Of a stretch of DNA of 46,280 bases, positions 1-12,529 are shown piece after piece. The stretch covers positions 73,319,258 to 73,365,537 of the forward strand of contig NC_068991.1 of assembly GCF_001194135.2 (NCBI RefSeq). Reading direction: 5' to 3'. The DNA is from Octopus bimaculoides (lineage: Eukaryota). The translations under genes and the position numbers were made by a program. Within the stretch, counting starts at the first letter, position 1. The number at the start of each line of letters is the position of its first letter. The notes below the pieces were generated by a model, which did not search any database, was not told the origin of the DNA, and was given only the letters and a program-made list of their open reading frames with translations.

Positions 1-84
<84 letters not shown>

Positions 85-125
85 CGTGCGTGTGTGTATG
101 TGCGTGTGAGTTTGTGTGTGTGTGT
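1..125. repeat. (TA)n then (TG)n compound microsatellite
   Basis: Directly visible dinucleotide runs. Confidence 0.95.
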
Positions 126-2826
126 ATACTTGCATGTATGTGTTTACGGTTCTATCCAGTGGTTTGTTTAATATTAGTTTTCTCTCTCGGTGTCCTTTCG
201 TCGCCATTCGCGACCTCATCAAGTTACACAACCTTTCTCATTGGCCTCGATGTCTATCTTGAGAAACTATGCTTTACAACACCTGATGAAAGACAGAATT
301 AAGTATAAAATCTATTATTACAAGCTATTAAGGGCACGGTGAAAATACGTGAAACATTTCAGTTATTTTAATATAATAAAAGTAAATTACACGAGTCGAT
401 ATACAAATGTATGTGTTATGTACATATGCATATCCAGATCTGGAGAAGAATCTGGGAAAGGGCTATTTTCAAATATAGGACACATCATAGCCAGAGGCAA
501 CACTTTACTGTCAGCTTTGGATATGATACACGTCTCTGTCCACTCCACTCAGCCCCGCCAACCGAATTCACTATCAAATAATATTTGAACTACGTAAAAC
601 ATATTTTTTATATATCTTTCACCTCTTACATTAGGAAGATCAAAGTGTGTGTATGTACATACATACATATATACATACATATATACATGCATATATGTGT
701 GTGTAAGACTGTACGTGTATATGTATATATATATATACATACACACACACAAACACACATACACATATATAAACACATATATATATATGCACAAACACAC
801 AGAAATATATGAGAGAGTGGAGTACGAGAGAAAGAAAGACAGGTTTAAAAAAGCAAGCATATATGACGCGATCACATATACATATGTGTGACTGTGTGTA
901 TACATGGGAATAGCTAGCCTTTTAATCAGCTCTTAAAAAAACACGACAGTAATCTACTATTTTTTGCCTCCATATTTTCGTATAACATTATTGTACTTAT
1001 TTGCACAATGATTTCCCAAAGTCAGCATCAAATTAACTAGACCATGACGCACAAATCTTCAGATCAAATGTTTGTTGTTGGCGAATATTGCTGCTACTTT
1101 ATAGTCACCAGTAGCATTGGGATTAGTGTTGATGTTGACATTACCACCGGAATTTCAAATGGTTACTCTTGGTGTTTTATTTATCACTCAGATACGTTTT
1201 TATTTTTCTGTAATTAGTATATGATGTCTGTGTATTTAATGTAATATTTTGTCCTCCTGATATTATTATTACCTTCATCATTAATTGCTTTTAGTCTTTT
1301 CTGAATAGAATTCTGTGTAGGATAGATATGTTGCCTATTAATGTTTTCCTATTTCCTATCTAGTTTTGTTTTATGTTGTTTCAATGTTGTAAGTGCACTG
1401 TGAACCAGGGAAATAGTGCTAGACTTTTACGGCTAATAGAGAAGATGGTATCGTAAAGTTTAAAACTTTCACTTTTACATTTAATCCTCTAGACAACGTT
1501 GATTTTTTAAAAGCTTGTACACGGGTTTAAATTCTGGCCGATTTTCATTAATAACGAAGTTCTTAATTTTAGTGATTTGTTGCAAGTTATTACAGTTAAA
1601 GCATAGTTATAGAATAATGTTTTTTACAGTAAAATTTTCTACTATCCAGAATATTCTAAATAAACTTCATTTTTTATCAGAAGCTTCATTTAAAAAATTA
1701 CATATATTCCGCCCGTTTACATGTCTAGACGGACCTAATATATATTTTACTTATAATGACAGGCTATTTTAGTGAAAAACAATAGCGTTTTAACTTTCGG
1801 AACGTTTTTAGGTCTAAACAATATTGATAAAATTATTGATCACTCGGAAATAAAAATCTTTCTGTTATCTTTTTTTTATTTTCTCTCGTTCTTGTCGAAT
1901 ATTTACTTATTGTGACCATAGTACATGTAATAAATGCCTTTACTTATACAGAAAGAATGAATGCCTTCACTCATACAATATGTCAGGAGTGAAATCTCTA
2001 CTTAGAAGAGAAAAAGCAACAGTATATTAAAGAATTTAGAGAGTATTACAGACAATGATAAACAACGATTATAGAAATAAACTAAAAGACCAAGCGATGC
2101 AGCCATATTTCAAATACGATGCAGACACAAATTTAACGCAATAAATCCACCAGACACTAAAACCTATTAAAAATAGGCAAACCACACATAAAGTGAAGAA
2201 TGTGAATTAAATGCATACTAAATATAAAACAGATGAACATATTATAATAAAACTCGTAAAACAGGAAACAATATACATATTTTTATGTGCATAAAAAAAA
2301 CAAACAGGTATGTTATATGAAAAATGAAAATGAAAAATAAAAATAAAACATAGTTAAAAAGCTGTAGTATAAAAGTTTTTTCCCACGTTATTCTTTTGAT
2401 GTCGCCATTTAAAAAAAATGTACATAATAAAGATACGTACATACATACATGCGTACATACATACTACATACATACATATATATGTGTGTGTGTGAATATA
2501 TATATATATGTGTGTATATATATAAGATGTGGTTTCTAGTTCTCAGCCATTTTCATTTATAGAGATTATTATTTTAGTCTATTATATTACGTGGCCTCAA
2601 GTTACTCTCAAGCACAGTTTTAATTCTGTTAGTTCAATCTCTTAGCAGCTTTTGTTTTTTGTTTTAAATTTCGTTCGACGTCTTTATTATTACCTTTGGT
2701 TACACTCCTTTGACCTCCACATAACTTTTTCGTTTTCATTTTGTTTCGTTCTTCTTTCGCTTTCTCTTTTTTTTTTCTTGCCTTTTCAATATTTTATTCT
2801 TATCTCAATTTAACGACTACGTGAAT

Positions 2827-3052
2827 GCGGCGAACTGGCAGAATCGTTAGCACACCGCGCGAAATGCTTAGCGGTACTTCGTCTGTCTTTACGTTCTGAG
2901 TTCAAATGTTGCTGCCGCCGAAATCGACTTTACCTTTCATCCTTTTAGGGTCGGTAAATTAAGTACCAGTTGCGTACTGCTGTCGATCTAATTGACTGCC
3001 CTTCCCTCTCCAAAAATTTCAGGCCTTGTGCCTATAGTAGAAAAAGATTATT
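2827..3052 (+). mobile_element. SINE family A, near full length (tRNA-type head, central Meta-like domain)
   Basis: A-box-like tggcagaatcgttag, B-box-like gagttcaaat, central cctttcatcc..gtcggtaaattaagtaccag and 3' ggccttgtgcctatagtagaaaaagattatt. More than 10 homologous copies occur in the window. The Meta-domain label is from recall. Confidence 0.85.
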
Positions 3053-3150
3053 TTTCGTCTGTCTTTACGTTCTGAGTTCAAATTCCGTCGGGGTCGACTT
3101 TGCCTTTCATTCTTCCAGTGTCGATAAATTAAGTACCAGTTGTGTACTGA
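3053..3150 (+). mobile_element. SINE family A, 5'-truncated tandem copy
   Basis: tttcgtctgtctttacgttctgagttcaaattcc...aagtaccagttg repeats the internal part of the preceding copy. Confidence 0.85.
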
Positions 3151-3167
3151 GCTCTGTGCTCGTTCCA

Positions 3168-3356
3168 CTACCATCGCTTGACAACCGACATTGGTGTGTA
3201 TACGTGCTCGCAATCTAGCGGTTAGGCAAGAGAGCCTGATAGAATAAGTACTACGCTTACAGAGAATATGTCCTGGGGTCTCTTTGTTCGACTAAAGACG
3301 GTGCTCCATCATGGCCGCAGCGAAATGACTGAAACAAATGAAACAATAAAAGAATG
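3168..3356 (+). mobile_element. SINE family B 3' module without its head
   Basis: ccatcgcttgacaacc...ggtgctccatcatggccgcag..aatgactgaaacaa matches copies at 32685, 39985 and 44352. Confidence 0.85.
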
Positions 3357-3599
3357 CGTGTGTGTGTGTGTGTGTGCGTGTGTTCCTCTGTGTGTTTGTG
3401 TGCGTGCGCGAGGGTGTCTGGCGATCGTAAATTTGTTCAATTGCCGGACTTGATGGTGTGTTGTGCTAAGGAGCAGATCATTTCCTCTTTCTGGGCCCTG
3501 CAATCACTTCGACACTCGACATGTGGTCGACACTCGACCGCACACCTGTTGAAGCAATTTCCCTGTGTTGGAGTGATGGTATTAAAATAAAGCACATGT

Positions 3600-3965
3600 A
3601 TCTTATTTTTTATTCTTTTACTTGTTTCAGTCATTTGACTGCGACCATGCTGGAGCACCGCCTTTAGTCAAACAAATCGACCTAAGTCTTATTTTTTGTA
3701 AGCCTAGTACTTATTTTATCAACCTCTTTTGCCGACACGCTAAGTTACAGGGACGTAAACACGCTAACATTGGTTGTCAAACGATGGTAGGAGGACAAAC
3801 ACAGACACACAAATACATACAAATACATACATATATATATGTGTGTATACGACGGGCTTGTTTCAGTTTCCATGTACTAAATCCACTCACAAGGCTTTGG
3901 ACGGCCCAAGGTGCCACACAGTGGAACTGCACCCGGAACCACGTAGTTGGGAAGCAAGCTTGTTT
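3600..3965 (-). mobile_element. SINE family B, near complete (tRNA head, CORE-like segment, internal microsatellite, 3' module)
   Basis: The reverse complement reads aagcttgcttcccaactacgtggttccggg..ggcaccttgggccgtccaaagccttgtgagtgg..gaaactgaaacaagcccgtcgtata, then (TA/TG)n, then the 3' module. Confidence 0.85.
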
Positions 3966-4256
3966 CTACACAGACACTCCTGCGCCTGTATTTGATCACG
4001 ATAAGCAAATGTGTGCAGCTTGTTGAACAAGAAATTGCAGAAGCGTTCTTCTCAGACTACGAAAGACGACTATCATCATCATCAACATCAACATCATCGT
4101 CATATATGTTTGTACATATGTGCTTGTCTTATCATTATCTCTATTGCCAAAATACCATAAATAATATTGGTCCACAGCATTGTCACAAAACCACAATGTA
4201 ATGTAATTTGTTGGTGTATTATGCTTCCAAACAAAATAAGATAATCTTTCGTCTGC

Positions 4257-4302
<46 letters not shown>

Positions 4303-5264
4303 NNNNNNNNNNNNNNNNNNNNNNNNNNNNNNNNNNNNNNNNNNNNNNNNNNNNNNNNNNNNNNNNNNNNNNNNNNNNNNNNNNNNNNNNNNNNNNNNNN
4401 NNNNNNNNNNNNNNNNNNNNNNNNNNNNNNNNNNNNNNNNNNNNNNNNNNNNNNNNNNNNNNNNNNNNNNNNNNNNNNNNNNNNNNNNNNNNNNNNNNNN
4501 NNNNNNNNNNNNNNNNNNNNNNNNNNNNNNNNNNNNNNNNNNNNNNNNNNNNNNNNNNNNNNNNNNNNNNNNNNNNNNNNNNNNNNNNNNNNNNNNNNNN
4601 NNNNNNNNNNNNNNNNNNNNNNNNNNNNNNNNNNNNNNNNNNNNNNNNNNNNNNNNNNNNNNNNNNNNNNNNNNNNNNNNNNNNNNNNNNNNNNNNNNNN
4701 NNNNNNNNNNNNNNNNNNNNNNNNNNNNNNNNNNNNNNNNNNNNNNNNNNNNNNNNNNNNNNNNNNNNNNNNNNNNNNNNNNNNNNNNNNNNNNNNNNNN
4801 NNNNNNNNNNNNNNNNNNNNNNNNNNNNNNNNNNNNNNNNNNNNNNNNNNNNNNNNNNNNNNNNNNNNNNNNNNNNNNNNNNNNNNNNNNNNNNNNNNNN
4901 NNNNNNNNNNNNNNNNNNNNNNNNNNNNNNNNNNNNNNNNNNNNNNNNNNNNNNNNNNNNNNNNNNNNNNNNNNNNNNNNNNNNNNNNNNNNNNNNNNNN
5001 NNNNNNNNNNNNNNNNNNNNNNNNNNNNNNNNNNNNNNNNNNNNNNNNNNNNNNNNNNNNNNNNNNNNNNNNNNNNNNNNNNNNNNNNNNNNNNNNNNNN
5101 NNNNNNNNNNNNNNNNNNNNNNNNNNNNNNNNNNNNNNNNNNNNNNNNNNNNNNNNNNNNNNNNNNNNNNNNNNNNNNNNNNNNNNNNNNNNNNNNNNNN
5201 NNNNNNNNNNNNNNNNNNNNNNNNNNNNNNNNNNNNNNNNNNNNNNNNNNNNNNNNNNNNNNNN
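4303..5264. other. Assembly gap. Other gaps: 7229-7238, 8077-9013, 11786-12528, 17914-18698, 23489-23498, 28848-29214, 37841-38584, 39417-39905, 44904-45469
   Basis: N runs, mostly bordered by (TA)n, (TC)n or (TG)n. Confidence 1.
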
Positions 5265-6039
5265 ATATATATATATATATATACGTATACATACATGCAT
5301 ATACATACACACAAACACACATACATACATACACACACACACATTTACACATGATATGATATATATATGCTATGTTATACTCCCACGAGGTGTATCAAAG
5401 TGCATGAGAAGGGATACAGCATTTAGATTCTATATAAGGATAATCTATTTTTTTTTTATCATATTTCTGTTTTAGTGCATATTTTTAATCCGTTAACATA
5501 ACTTCACAGCAAAACAGAAACGAAATCATTTTCACATGGCTTTCTCTATTACGCAAAAAAGAAACAAAAATGCTGAACCGATAAATAAATTGTTTCTGTT
5601 GTGAGATACAAATATGTCAGACATAACAGTTATAGGCCTTCATTCGCACAACAAATATTTTGACGAATGGTGTAGAATATTCACTCGCAAACTGACCTGC
5701 TATGCTACGCTGGGGAAACATTTATAGAATTGATTTGTTTCTAGCTGTTCTGGAAATGGCAAATGAAGAGACACCCAGATATATTTCCATTGCATAGATC
5801 TATGCATGTGGTTTGTTAAATGTGATTCTACGAACATACTGCTGCCTTTGAGTAAGTAAATTAACAGTCCAGTTTGCAACATGTATTGTGTGGTTACTAT
5901 ATTTCGTTCATTTGACACAGTCCAATGCATACAAAATAAATAATAAATAATATATGATCAATGATGCAATAACAGTTATGAAACCCAGAATAGACAATAC
6001 AACAAATAATATATTACAAATTTGCATTGTCTGTGGTTG

Positions 6040-6112
6040 AGTAGAGTAGGGTTAGTTGAATCGTGCTCGGCTCATAACTGAGCGGTCCGGAGATCGAAAC
6101 TACGCTCTGCGA
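6040..6112 (+). tRNA. Degenerate initiator-type tRNA-Met(CAT), probable pseudogene
   Basis: Acceptor arms agtagag/ctctgcg-a, anticodon arm ctcgg-ctCATaa-ctgag (CAT at 6073-6075) and initiator-type T-loop atcgaaa. About 52/72 positions match the metazoan tRNAi-Met sequence as I recall it. The D-arm and A-box are degraded. Confidence 0.75.
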
Positions 6113-6297
6113 AGAAATGCCTAGCGGTATTTCGTCTCTCTTTTTGTTCTGAGTTCAAATTCTGCCGACGTCATTTTTGCTTTTTATCCCTTCGAAGTCG
6201 ATAAATTAAATATCGATTGCGTACTGGGGTCGAAGGAATCCATTGCCCCCACCCCACCCCCAAATTTTCGGGCCTTGTGCTTAGATTAGAAAAAAAT
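6113..6297 (+). mobile_element. SINE family A, 5'-truncated, abutting the tRNA-Met
   Basis: It starts at agaaatgcctagcggtatttcg (about 35 nt into the family A sequence) and ends gggccttgtgcttagattagaaaaa. Confidence 0.85.
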
Positions 6298-6439
6298 ACA
6301 CAATTTCAAACCGACACTTACTATTTTCAAGTATTTTTTTTTTTTTGTCCAGTCTCAACAGGTTTCGTTATATCTTGTCTGAATGAACCTTAATCTCACC
6401 CGATTTACAAATTAAAATAATTACTTGAATAGCATGTTA

Positions 6440-6640
6440 TAATTTAGACGCAAGGTCAGTGATTTTAGAGAATGTAGTAAGTCAACTTCATCGACCTCAG
6501 TACCCAACTGGTACTTATTTTATCGACCCTGAAAGGGTGAGAGGCAAAGTTGGCCTCGGAGGAATTTGAACTCAGGACGCAAAGCGCTAAAAGAAATACC
6601 ACGTAGGATTTTGCCCTACACACTAACGATTCCACTGAAT
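6440..6640 (-). mobile_element. SINE family A
   Basis: ctggtacttattttatcgaccctgaaagggtga..gaatttgaactcag..ctaacgattcc is the reverse complement of family A. Confidence 0.8.
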
Positions 6641-6644
6641 GGCT

Positions 6645-6730
6645 TCACATTTCGGCACAAAGTCGGCAGTTTTATGGGTATGGGATTAATGATGTCGGCA
6701 GTTTTATGGGAACAGGATTAACAAAGTCGG
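6645..6730. repeat. 32-bp-period tandem duplication, probably of a family A 3' end
   Basis: gtcggcagttttatggg at 6662-6678 and 6694-6710, each followed by ..ggattaa. Confidence 0.7.
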
Positions 6731-6774
6731 AAGAAATGATGCAAGTGCTGTCTCACTGCCTTAATAATATACTG

Positions 6775-6900
6775 TAGCGGTCGACCTCGCCCTTCATCCT
6801 TCGGGATCGATGAAATAAGTACCAGTTAATCACTGGGGTTGATCTAATCGACTTACCCACTTCCTCGAAATTGTTGGCCTTGTGTCAGAATTCGAAACCA
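6775..6900 (+). mobile_element. SINE family A 3' half
   Basis: gtcgacctcgcccttcatccttcgggatcgatgaaataagtaccag...ggccttgtgtcagaa. Confidence 0.8.
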
Positions 6901-7358
6901 ATAATATTTTATAGTTAATATTTGACAATCTATTGTTCCATTACTCTACATTGATAACACACAGAAAGAGAAACATACGGTCCATTGATCTGGAACGAGT
7001 AGGAAATATTAAAAGCTATATATATATATTTATATGGCTTTCAAAATAAGTGTTTCTGCATAGAGACACGCGCGGAGACACACGTACATATATAAAAGTT
7101 TTAGTCAATTATCTATATTATAAGTTGAAAATGAAGAATTAAAAATATTTCCCATGCTTGTCCCACTTACATGAAAAATAAGTACGCTGATAATACAACT
7201 ATATATACATGAATATATATACATGAATNNNNNNNNNNTATATATATATATATAAATGGGAGAAAGTACGAAAAAAAACAACAACAGACGAGGACAGGTG
7301 GTGCACGCATACACACACACACACGTATATATATATATATATAAATATACAGAGATAC

Positions 7359-7389
<31 letters not shown>

Positions 7390-7489
7390 TAGATAGATAG
7401 ATAGGTAGGTAGGTAGGTAGATTCGACGGATAGAAGTAATTTTTTTATTATGAACATCTGTGTTCATACTGATAGACATAGTGGTTCCG

Positions 7490-7980
7490 TTAATGTCGAT
7501 AGTGCGAAGCGATGAAATTGCAAACATGAAGAAACATAGTTCGATATTTGTGCGCACCCTCGTCCTGGGGCTTCCCTTACAACGTCAATCGTTGTCAGTT
7601 TAGTATCCTAAACTTTGTCTACAAAATAAGTATCCCGATGGGGTGAGGCCCAATGCAAGCGGAAGTTATTCCACTGAGGCTTTTCATTCGATCTACCTGT
7701 TCAGCAAAATCTCTTCAATGTAGACCCTTCCATAGACACCTCCCACTGTGGCTGAGTGGTAATATCTGATTTTACTGAAAATACAGCCCCACATTCTCGC
7801 AGTCCCCTTAAATGCTTCGCTTGGCATGAGGGACTATCGCAGCAAATTCAAGGAAATTGACCACTTACAATACCATTAAAAAGATAGGTCCAATTGATCT
7901 TTTTGAGGATAAACCGCACCATACTGTAACTTCTGGTAAATTGACACGATGTTCCTCCATAATATGCAGATTCTCAAGTC
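7490..7980 (-). pseudogene. Tc1/mariner-superfamily transposase remnant (rosa/maT-like)
   Basis: The minus strand gives ENLHIMEEHRVNLPEVTVWCGLSSKRSIGPIF, matching the VTVWCG..GP.FF catalytic-domain start. It continues as frameshifted and stopped sequence, so the subfamily cannot be fixed. Confidence 0.7.
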
Positions 7981-8039
7981 TCGAATGGGCACAATAGTGG
8001 AGCCTAATTGAGCCAATGAGATATTGCTTCTCTTCAGAA

Positions 8040-8076
<37 letters not shown>

Positions 8077-9013
8077 NNNNNNNNNNNNNNNNNNNNNNNN
8101 NNNNNNNNNNNNNNNNNNNNNNNNNNNNNNNNNNNNNNNNNNNNNNNNNNNNNNNNNNNNNNNNNNNNNNNNNNNNNNNNNNNNNNNNNNNNNNNNNNNN
8201 NNNNNNNNNNNNNNNNNNNNNNNNNNNNNNNNNNNNNNNNNNNNNNNNNNNNNNNNNNNNNNNNNNNNNNNNNNNNNNNNNNNNNNNNNNNNNNNNNNNN
8301 NNNNNNNNNNNNNNNNNNNNNNNNNNNNNNNNNNNNNNNNNNNNNNNNNNNNNNNNNNNNNNNNNNNNNNNNNNNNNNNNNNNNNNNNNNNNNNNNNNNN
8401 NNNNNNNNNNNNNNNNNNNNNNNNNNNNNNNNNNNNNNNNNNNNNNNNNNNNNNNNNNNNNNNNNNNNNNNNNNNNNNNNNNNNNNNNNNNNNNNNNNNN
8501 NNNNNNNNNNNNNNNNNNNNNNNNNNNNNNNNNNNNNNNNNNNNNNNNNNNNNNNNNNNNNNNNNNNNNNNNNNNNNNNNNNNNNNNNNNNNNNNNNNNN
8601 NNNNNNNNNNNNNNNNNNNNNNNNNNNNNNNNNNNNNNNNNNNNNNNNNNNNNNNNNNNNNNNNNNNNNNNNNNNNNNNNNNNNNNNNNNNNNNNNNNNN
8701 NNNNNNNNNNNNNNNNNNNNNNNNNNNNNNNNNNNNNNNNNNNNNNNNNNNNNNNNNNNNNNNNNNNNNNNNNNNNNNNNNNNNNNNNNNNNNNNNNNNN
8801 NNNNNNNNNNNNNNNNNNNNNNNNNNNNNNNNNNNNNNNNNNNNNNNNNNNNNNNNNNNNNNNNNNNNNNNNNNNNNNNNNNNNNNNNNNNNNNNNNNNN
8901 NNNNNNNNNNNNNNNNNNNNNNNNNNNNNNNNNNNNNNNNNNNNNNNNNNNNNNNNNNNNNNNNNNNNNNNNNNNNNNNNNNNNNNNNNNNNNNNNNNNN
9001 NNNNNNNNNNNNN

Positions 9014-9056
<43 letters not shown>

Positions 9057-9409
9057 TAGATAAATAGAGAAAATCAAAAGTAGAATCGACCTGAATAGAT
9101 TCTTGCTTTCTTAACCCTTCATCAGAAAATATATATCCGTCTTCTTTCTGTTACTATTACCTCTGATGTCGCTATAGATGGAGTGTGCAAACAAGGATTC
9201 ATTCAAATTTGGCAACGTTGATCAACGAATCCATTTCTTTTGCTCCGAACAGTGTATAGTTATAGTCATAAGCTACTAATGTCTCTGTCAACCGAAGATG
9301 ACTCTCATTTCTCCGTTAAACGTTTAACAAATCTAGAAACTAACCAAAACAGCGAGATAAAGCCAATGGAACCGCACACTTCTTCAATTGTATACCTTAT
9401 ATTTCGTTA

Positions 9410-9617
9410 TTGGCAGAATCGTTAGTACGCCGGGCAAAGTGCTCTGCGTTATTTCGTCTATCTTTACGTTCTGAGTTCAAATTCCGTCGAGGTCAACTTT
9501 GCCTTTCATCCTTTCAGGGTCGATACAGTAAGTACCAGTTGCATACTGGAGTTGATCTAAGCGACTGGTGCACTCCCAGCAAATTTCAGGCCTTGTTCCT
9601 ATAGTAGAAACGATTAT
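9410..9617 (+). mobile_element. SINE family A
   Basis: tggcagaatcgttagtacgccgggc...ggccttgttcctatagtagaaacgattatt. Confidence 0.85.
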
Positions 9618-9624
9618 TGGGGTT

Positions 9625-9775
9625 GTGTGCTAGCAGAATCGTTAGAATGATGGGCAAAGTGCTCTGTGGTATTTCGTATGCCATTACGTTCTGAGTTTAA
9701 TTACCGACCATATCGACTTCGGCTTCACTTTGAACCCCCGGACTTGCTGGCCTTGTGCAAAATTTAAAATCTATA
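9625..9775 (+). mobile_element. SINE family A, internally deleted tandem copy
   Basis: tagcagaatcgttagaatgatgggc...ttctgagttt...ggccttgtgcaaaattt. Confidence 0.7.
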
Positions 9776-10596
9776 TTTATTTATTATAATCCATAAAGGC
9801 TTTGAGATAAATTATGTCTTATTTTATCAACATTGTCAGCACATACTCCGCATGCACAGTTGAATTAAATCGTTGTCTGTTTACAGGATAACTAGCTTTA
9901 AGTTACAAATTTCCCCTTCTTTGGAGAGAAGATAAGTATTCTGTCTCTAACGTTGGACTAAAAAGATGCGAAAAAATCAGATCAGCTTACACGTAGATTA
10001 AATATACGGTAAAACAATTTTGCTTACTTTCCAGATTGACGCCCACATTTTAAATTTATTAAAAACTGCTTTCCTGGTCAAAATTACCGGAGAATATATG
10101 CGTTGTGTACCGAGATATAAATTCCATTAAAAATAAGTACGTACAGTACTATGAGCTTTTCGATTCATTTTGTCAGTGTGAGCGCTATTATGCCGATTAT
10201 ATTGGTCAGGTTCGGTGCTCTTCATCTGACGAAGGTATTATGAAGACTAGAAAATAATTAGATTGTCCTTAATTACTCTGTTGACAGAGAGTTAAAACTT
10301 GTAGTGTAAAAACAATGTTTACATTTTCAGAGCAAGTCTAAATTATTTTGTTTATCAAGACATGTATATGTTACATTTCAACACACACACACAGACGCAT
10401 GAAAACTTATCAGGTGATGGTGAAAATCAGAGTAGATTATCATGCTGTTTTTTTCTTTTTATATAATATATATTCATACTTCTATGGATTCTTCCGAAAA
10501 TATTGACGTCTTTATCAGATAATGTTTGTGCTTCGTAAAATATACATTTGCATATATGTAAATTATGGCGTTTATCTGAATATGTTTTTCAATGGA

Positions 10597-10597
<1 letters not shown>

Positions 10598-10674
<77 letters not shown>

Positions 10675-10790
10675 CCTGTCTGTCGGTCTGTCTGTCTGTC
10701 GGTCTGTCTGTCGGTCTGTCTGTCTATCTATCTGTTTATATGTCTATCTATCAATCTCCCCTCCTCTCTCTCTCTCTCTCCCTCTATCTC

Positions 10791-10841
<51 letters not shown>

Positions 10842-10862
10842 ATATATATATATATATATAGA
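10598..10862. repeat. Compound microsatellite (TATC)n-(TGTC)n-(TC)n-(TA)n
   Basis: Directly visible. Confidence 0.95.
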
Positions 10863-11260
10863 CACATATTCATAATACATACATACGTAGATGCATACAT
10901 AATGTATTACTTCCGTACTAACACTTATTCAACACCGAATCGATGAGTTAGTTAAGTGTTCCTCAGTATTTATGTCTATGTGTGTGTGTTTGTTCCTGAG
11001 TGCACGTGCACGTACATGTATACGTGTGTACCTGTCTGTTGTTGTCTGTGCGCTCGCGTGTACGTACGTGTGTTTACGTTCGTGTGCTATTGTTACCTAT
11101 ATTGCTGGAAAATACCATAAATAATATTGATTTCTATATTCTGGCAAACGGCCAAATAAGTGCCTAATATTTCTGGTGTATTTAGAAGAGTTTTTCTCTC
11201 AGCACATCACCATGCACTATCTTTATTGCCATCCACTGACGTAATTGTGATATTTACTTG

Positions 11261-11296
<36 letters not shown>

Positions 11297-11711
11297 GGAG
11301 ATCATGAAAAACGAACCTCTATCGGAGATTTTACGTCAAAGCGAGCGCTTAAATGTTATCGGTTGCACATGTATATACAAACAATAGCTGGACACATTTT
11401 GTTTGAAAATCTGGAGCTATTTCTCTTGACTAATAGGCCTTCGAAATGCATTTTCCATGATCCAAGTAATGTAACACAGTTAGAGGGCTTCGCTTACCTA
11501 AATTCCATCTATTCTGATGCACTCGATATGAATTTAAGCTGACGTATATAGATGCATAAACATGCATGTGCATATTCATGGCAACCGGTTCCTTTTCAAA
11601 ATGAATATGTTCTCCACAAAATTGTTTTGAGTGATGCTGCAATTTAACGATGATAAATTGTTTAATGCTAAATTGAGTTTGTAAATACACGTATAAATAG
11701 ACATGTAGATG

Positions 11712-11768
<57 letters not shown>

Positions 11769-12529
11769 ACAAATATATATATATANNNNNNNNNNNNNNN
11801 NNNNNNNNNNNNNNNNNNNNNNNNNNNNNNNNNNNNNNNNNNNNNNNNNNNNNNNNNNNNNNNNNNNNNNNNNNNNNNNNNNNNNNNNNNNNNNNNNNNN
11901 NNNNNNNNNNNNNNNNNNNNNNNNNNNNNNNNNNNNNNNNNNNNNNNNNNNNNNNNNNNNNNNNNNNNNNNNNNNNNNNNNNNNNNNNNNNNNNNNNNNN
12001 NNNNNNNNNNNNNNNNNNNNNNNNNNNNNNNNNNNNNNNNNNNNNNNNNNNNNNNNNNNNNNNNNNNNNNNNNNNNNNNNNNNNNNNNNNNNNNNNNNNN
12101 NNNNNNNNNNNNNNNNNNNNNNNNNNNNNNNNNNNNNNNNNNNNNNNNNNNNNNNNNNNNNNNNNNNNNNNNNNNNNNNNNNNNNNNNNNNNNNNNNNNN
12201 NNNNNNNNNNNNNNNNNNNNNNNNNNNNNNNNNNNNNNNNNNNNNNNNNNNNNNNNNNNNNNNNNNNNNNNNNNNNNNNNNNNNNNNNNNNNNNNNNNNN
12301 NNNNNNNNNNNNNNNNNNNNNNNNNNNNNNNNNNNNNNNNNNNNNNNNNNNNNNNNNNNNNNNNNNNNNNNNNNNNNNNNNNNNNNNNNNNNNNNNNNNN
12401 NNNNNNNNNNNNNNNNNNNNNNNNNNNNNNNNNNNNNNNNNNNNNNNNNNNNNNNNNNNNNNNNNNNNNNNNNNNNNNNNNNNNNNNNNNNNNNNNNNNN
12501 NNNNNNNNNNNNNNNNNNNNNNNNNNNNA

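Noticed and set aside
280-345. Hammerhead-like CTGANGA cores here and at about 10226, sought because a Penelope remnant is present
   Set aside because: No convincing stem II closing on GAAA or stems I/III could be built.
1150-2230. AT-rich stretches that might be very old Penelope or LINE coding relics
   Set aside because: I could not recover any diagnostic motif by hand.
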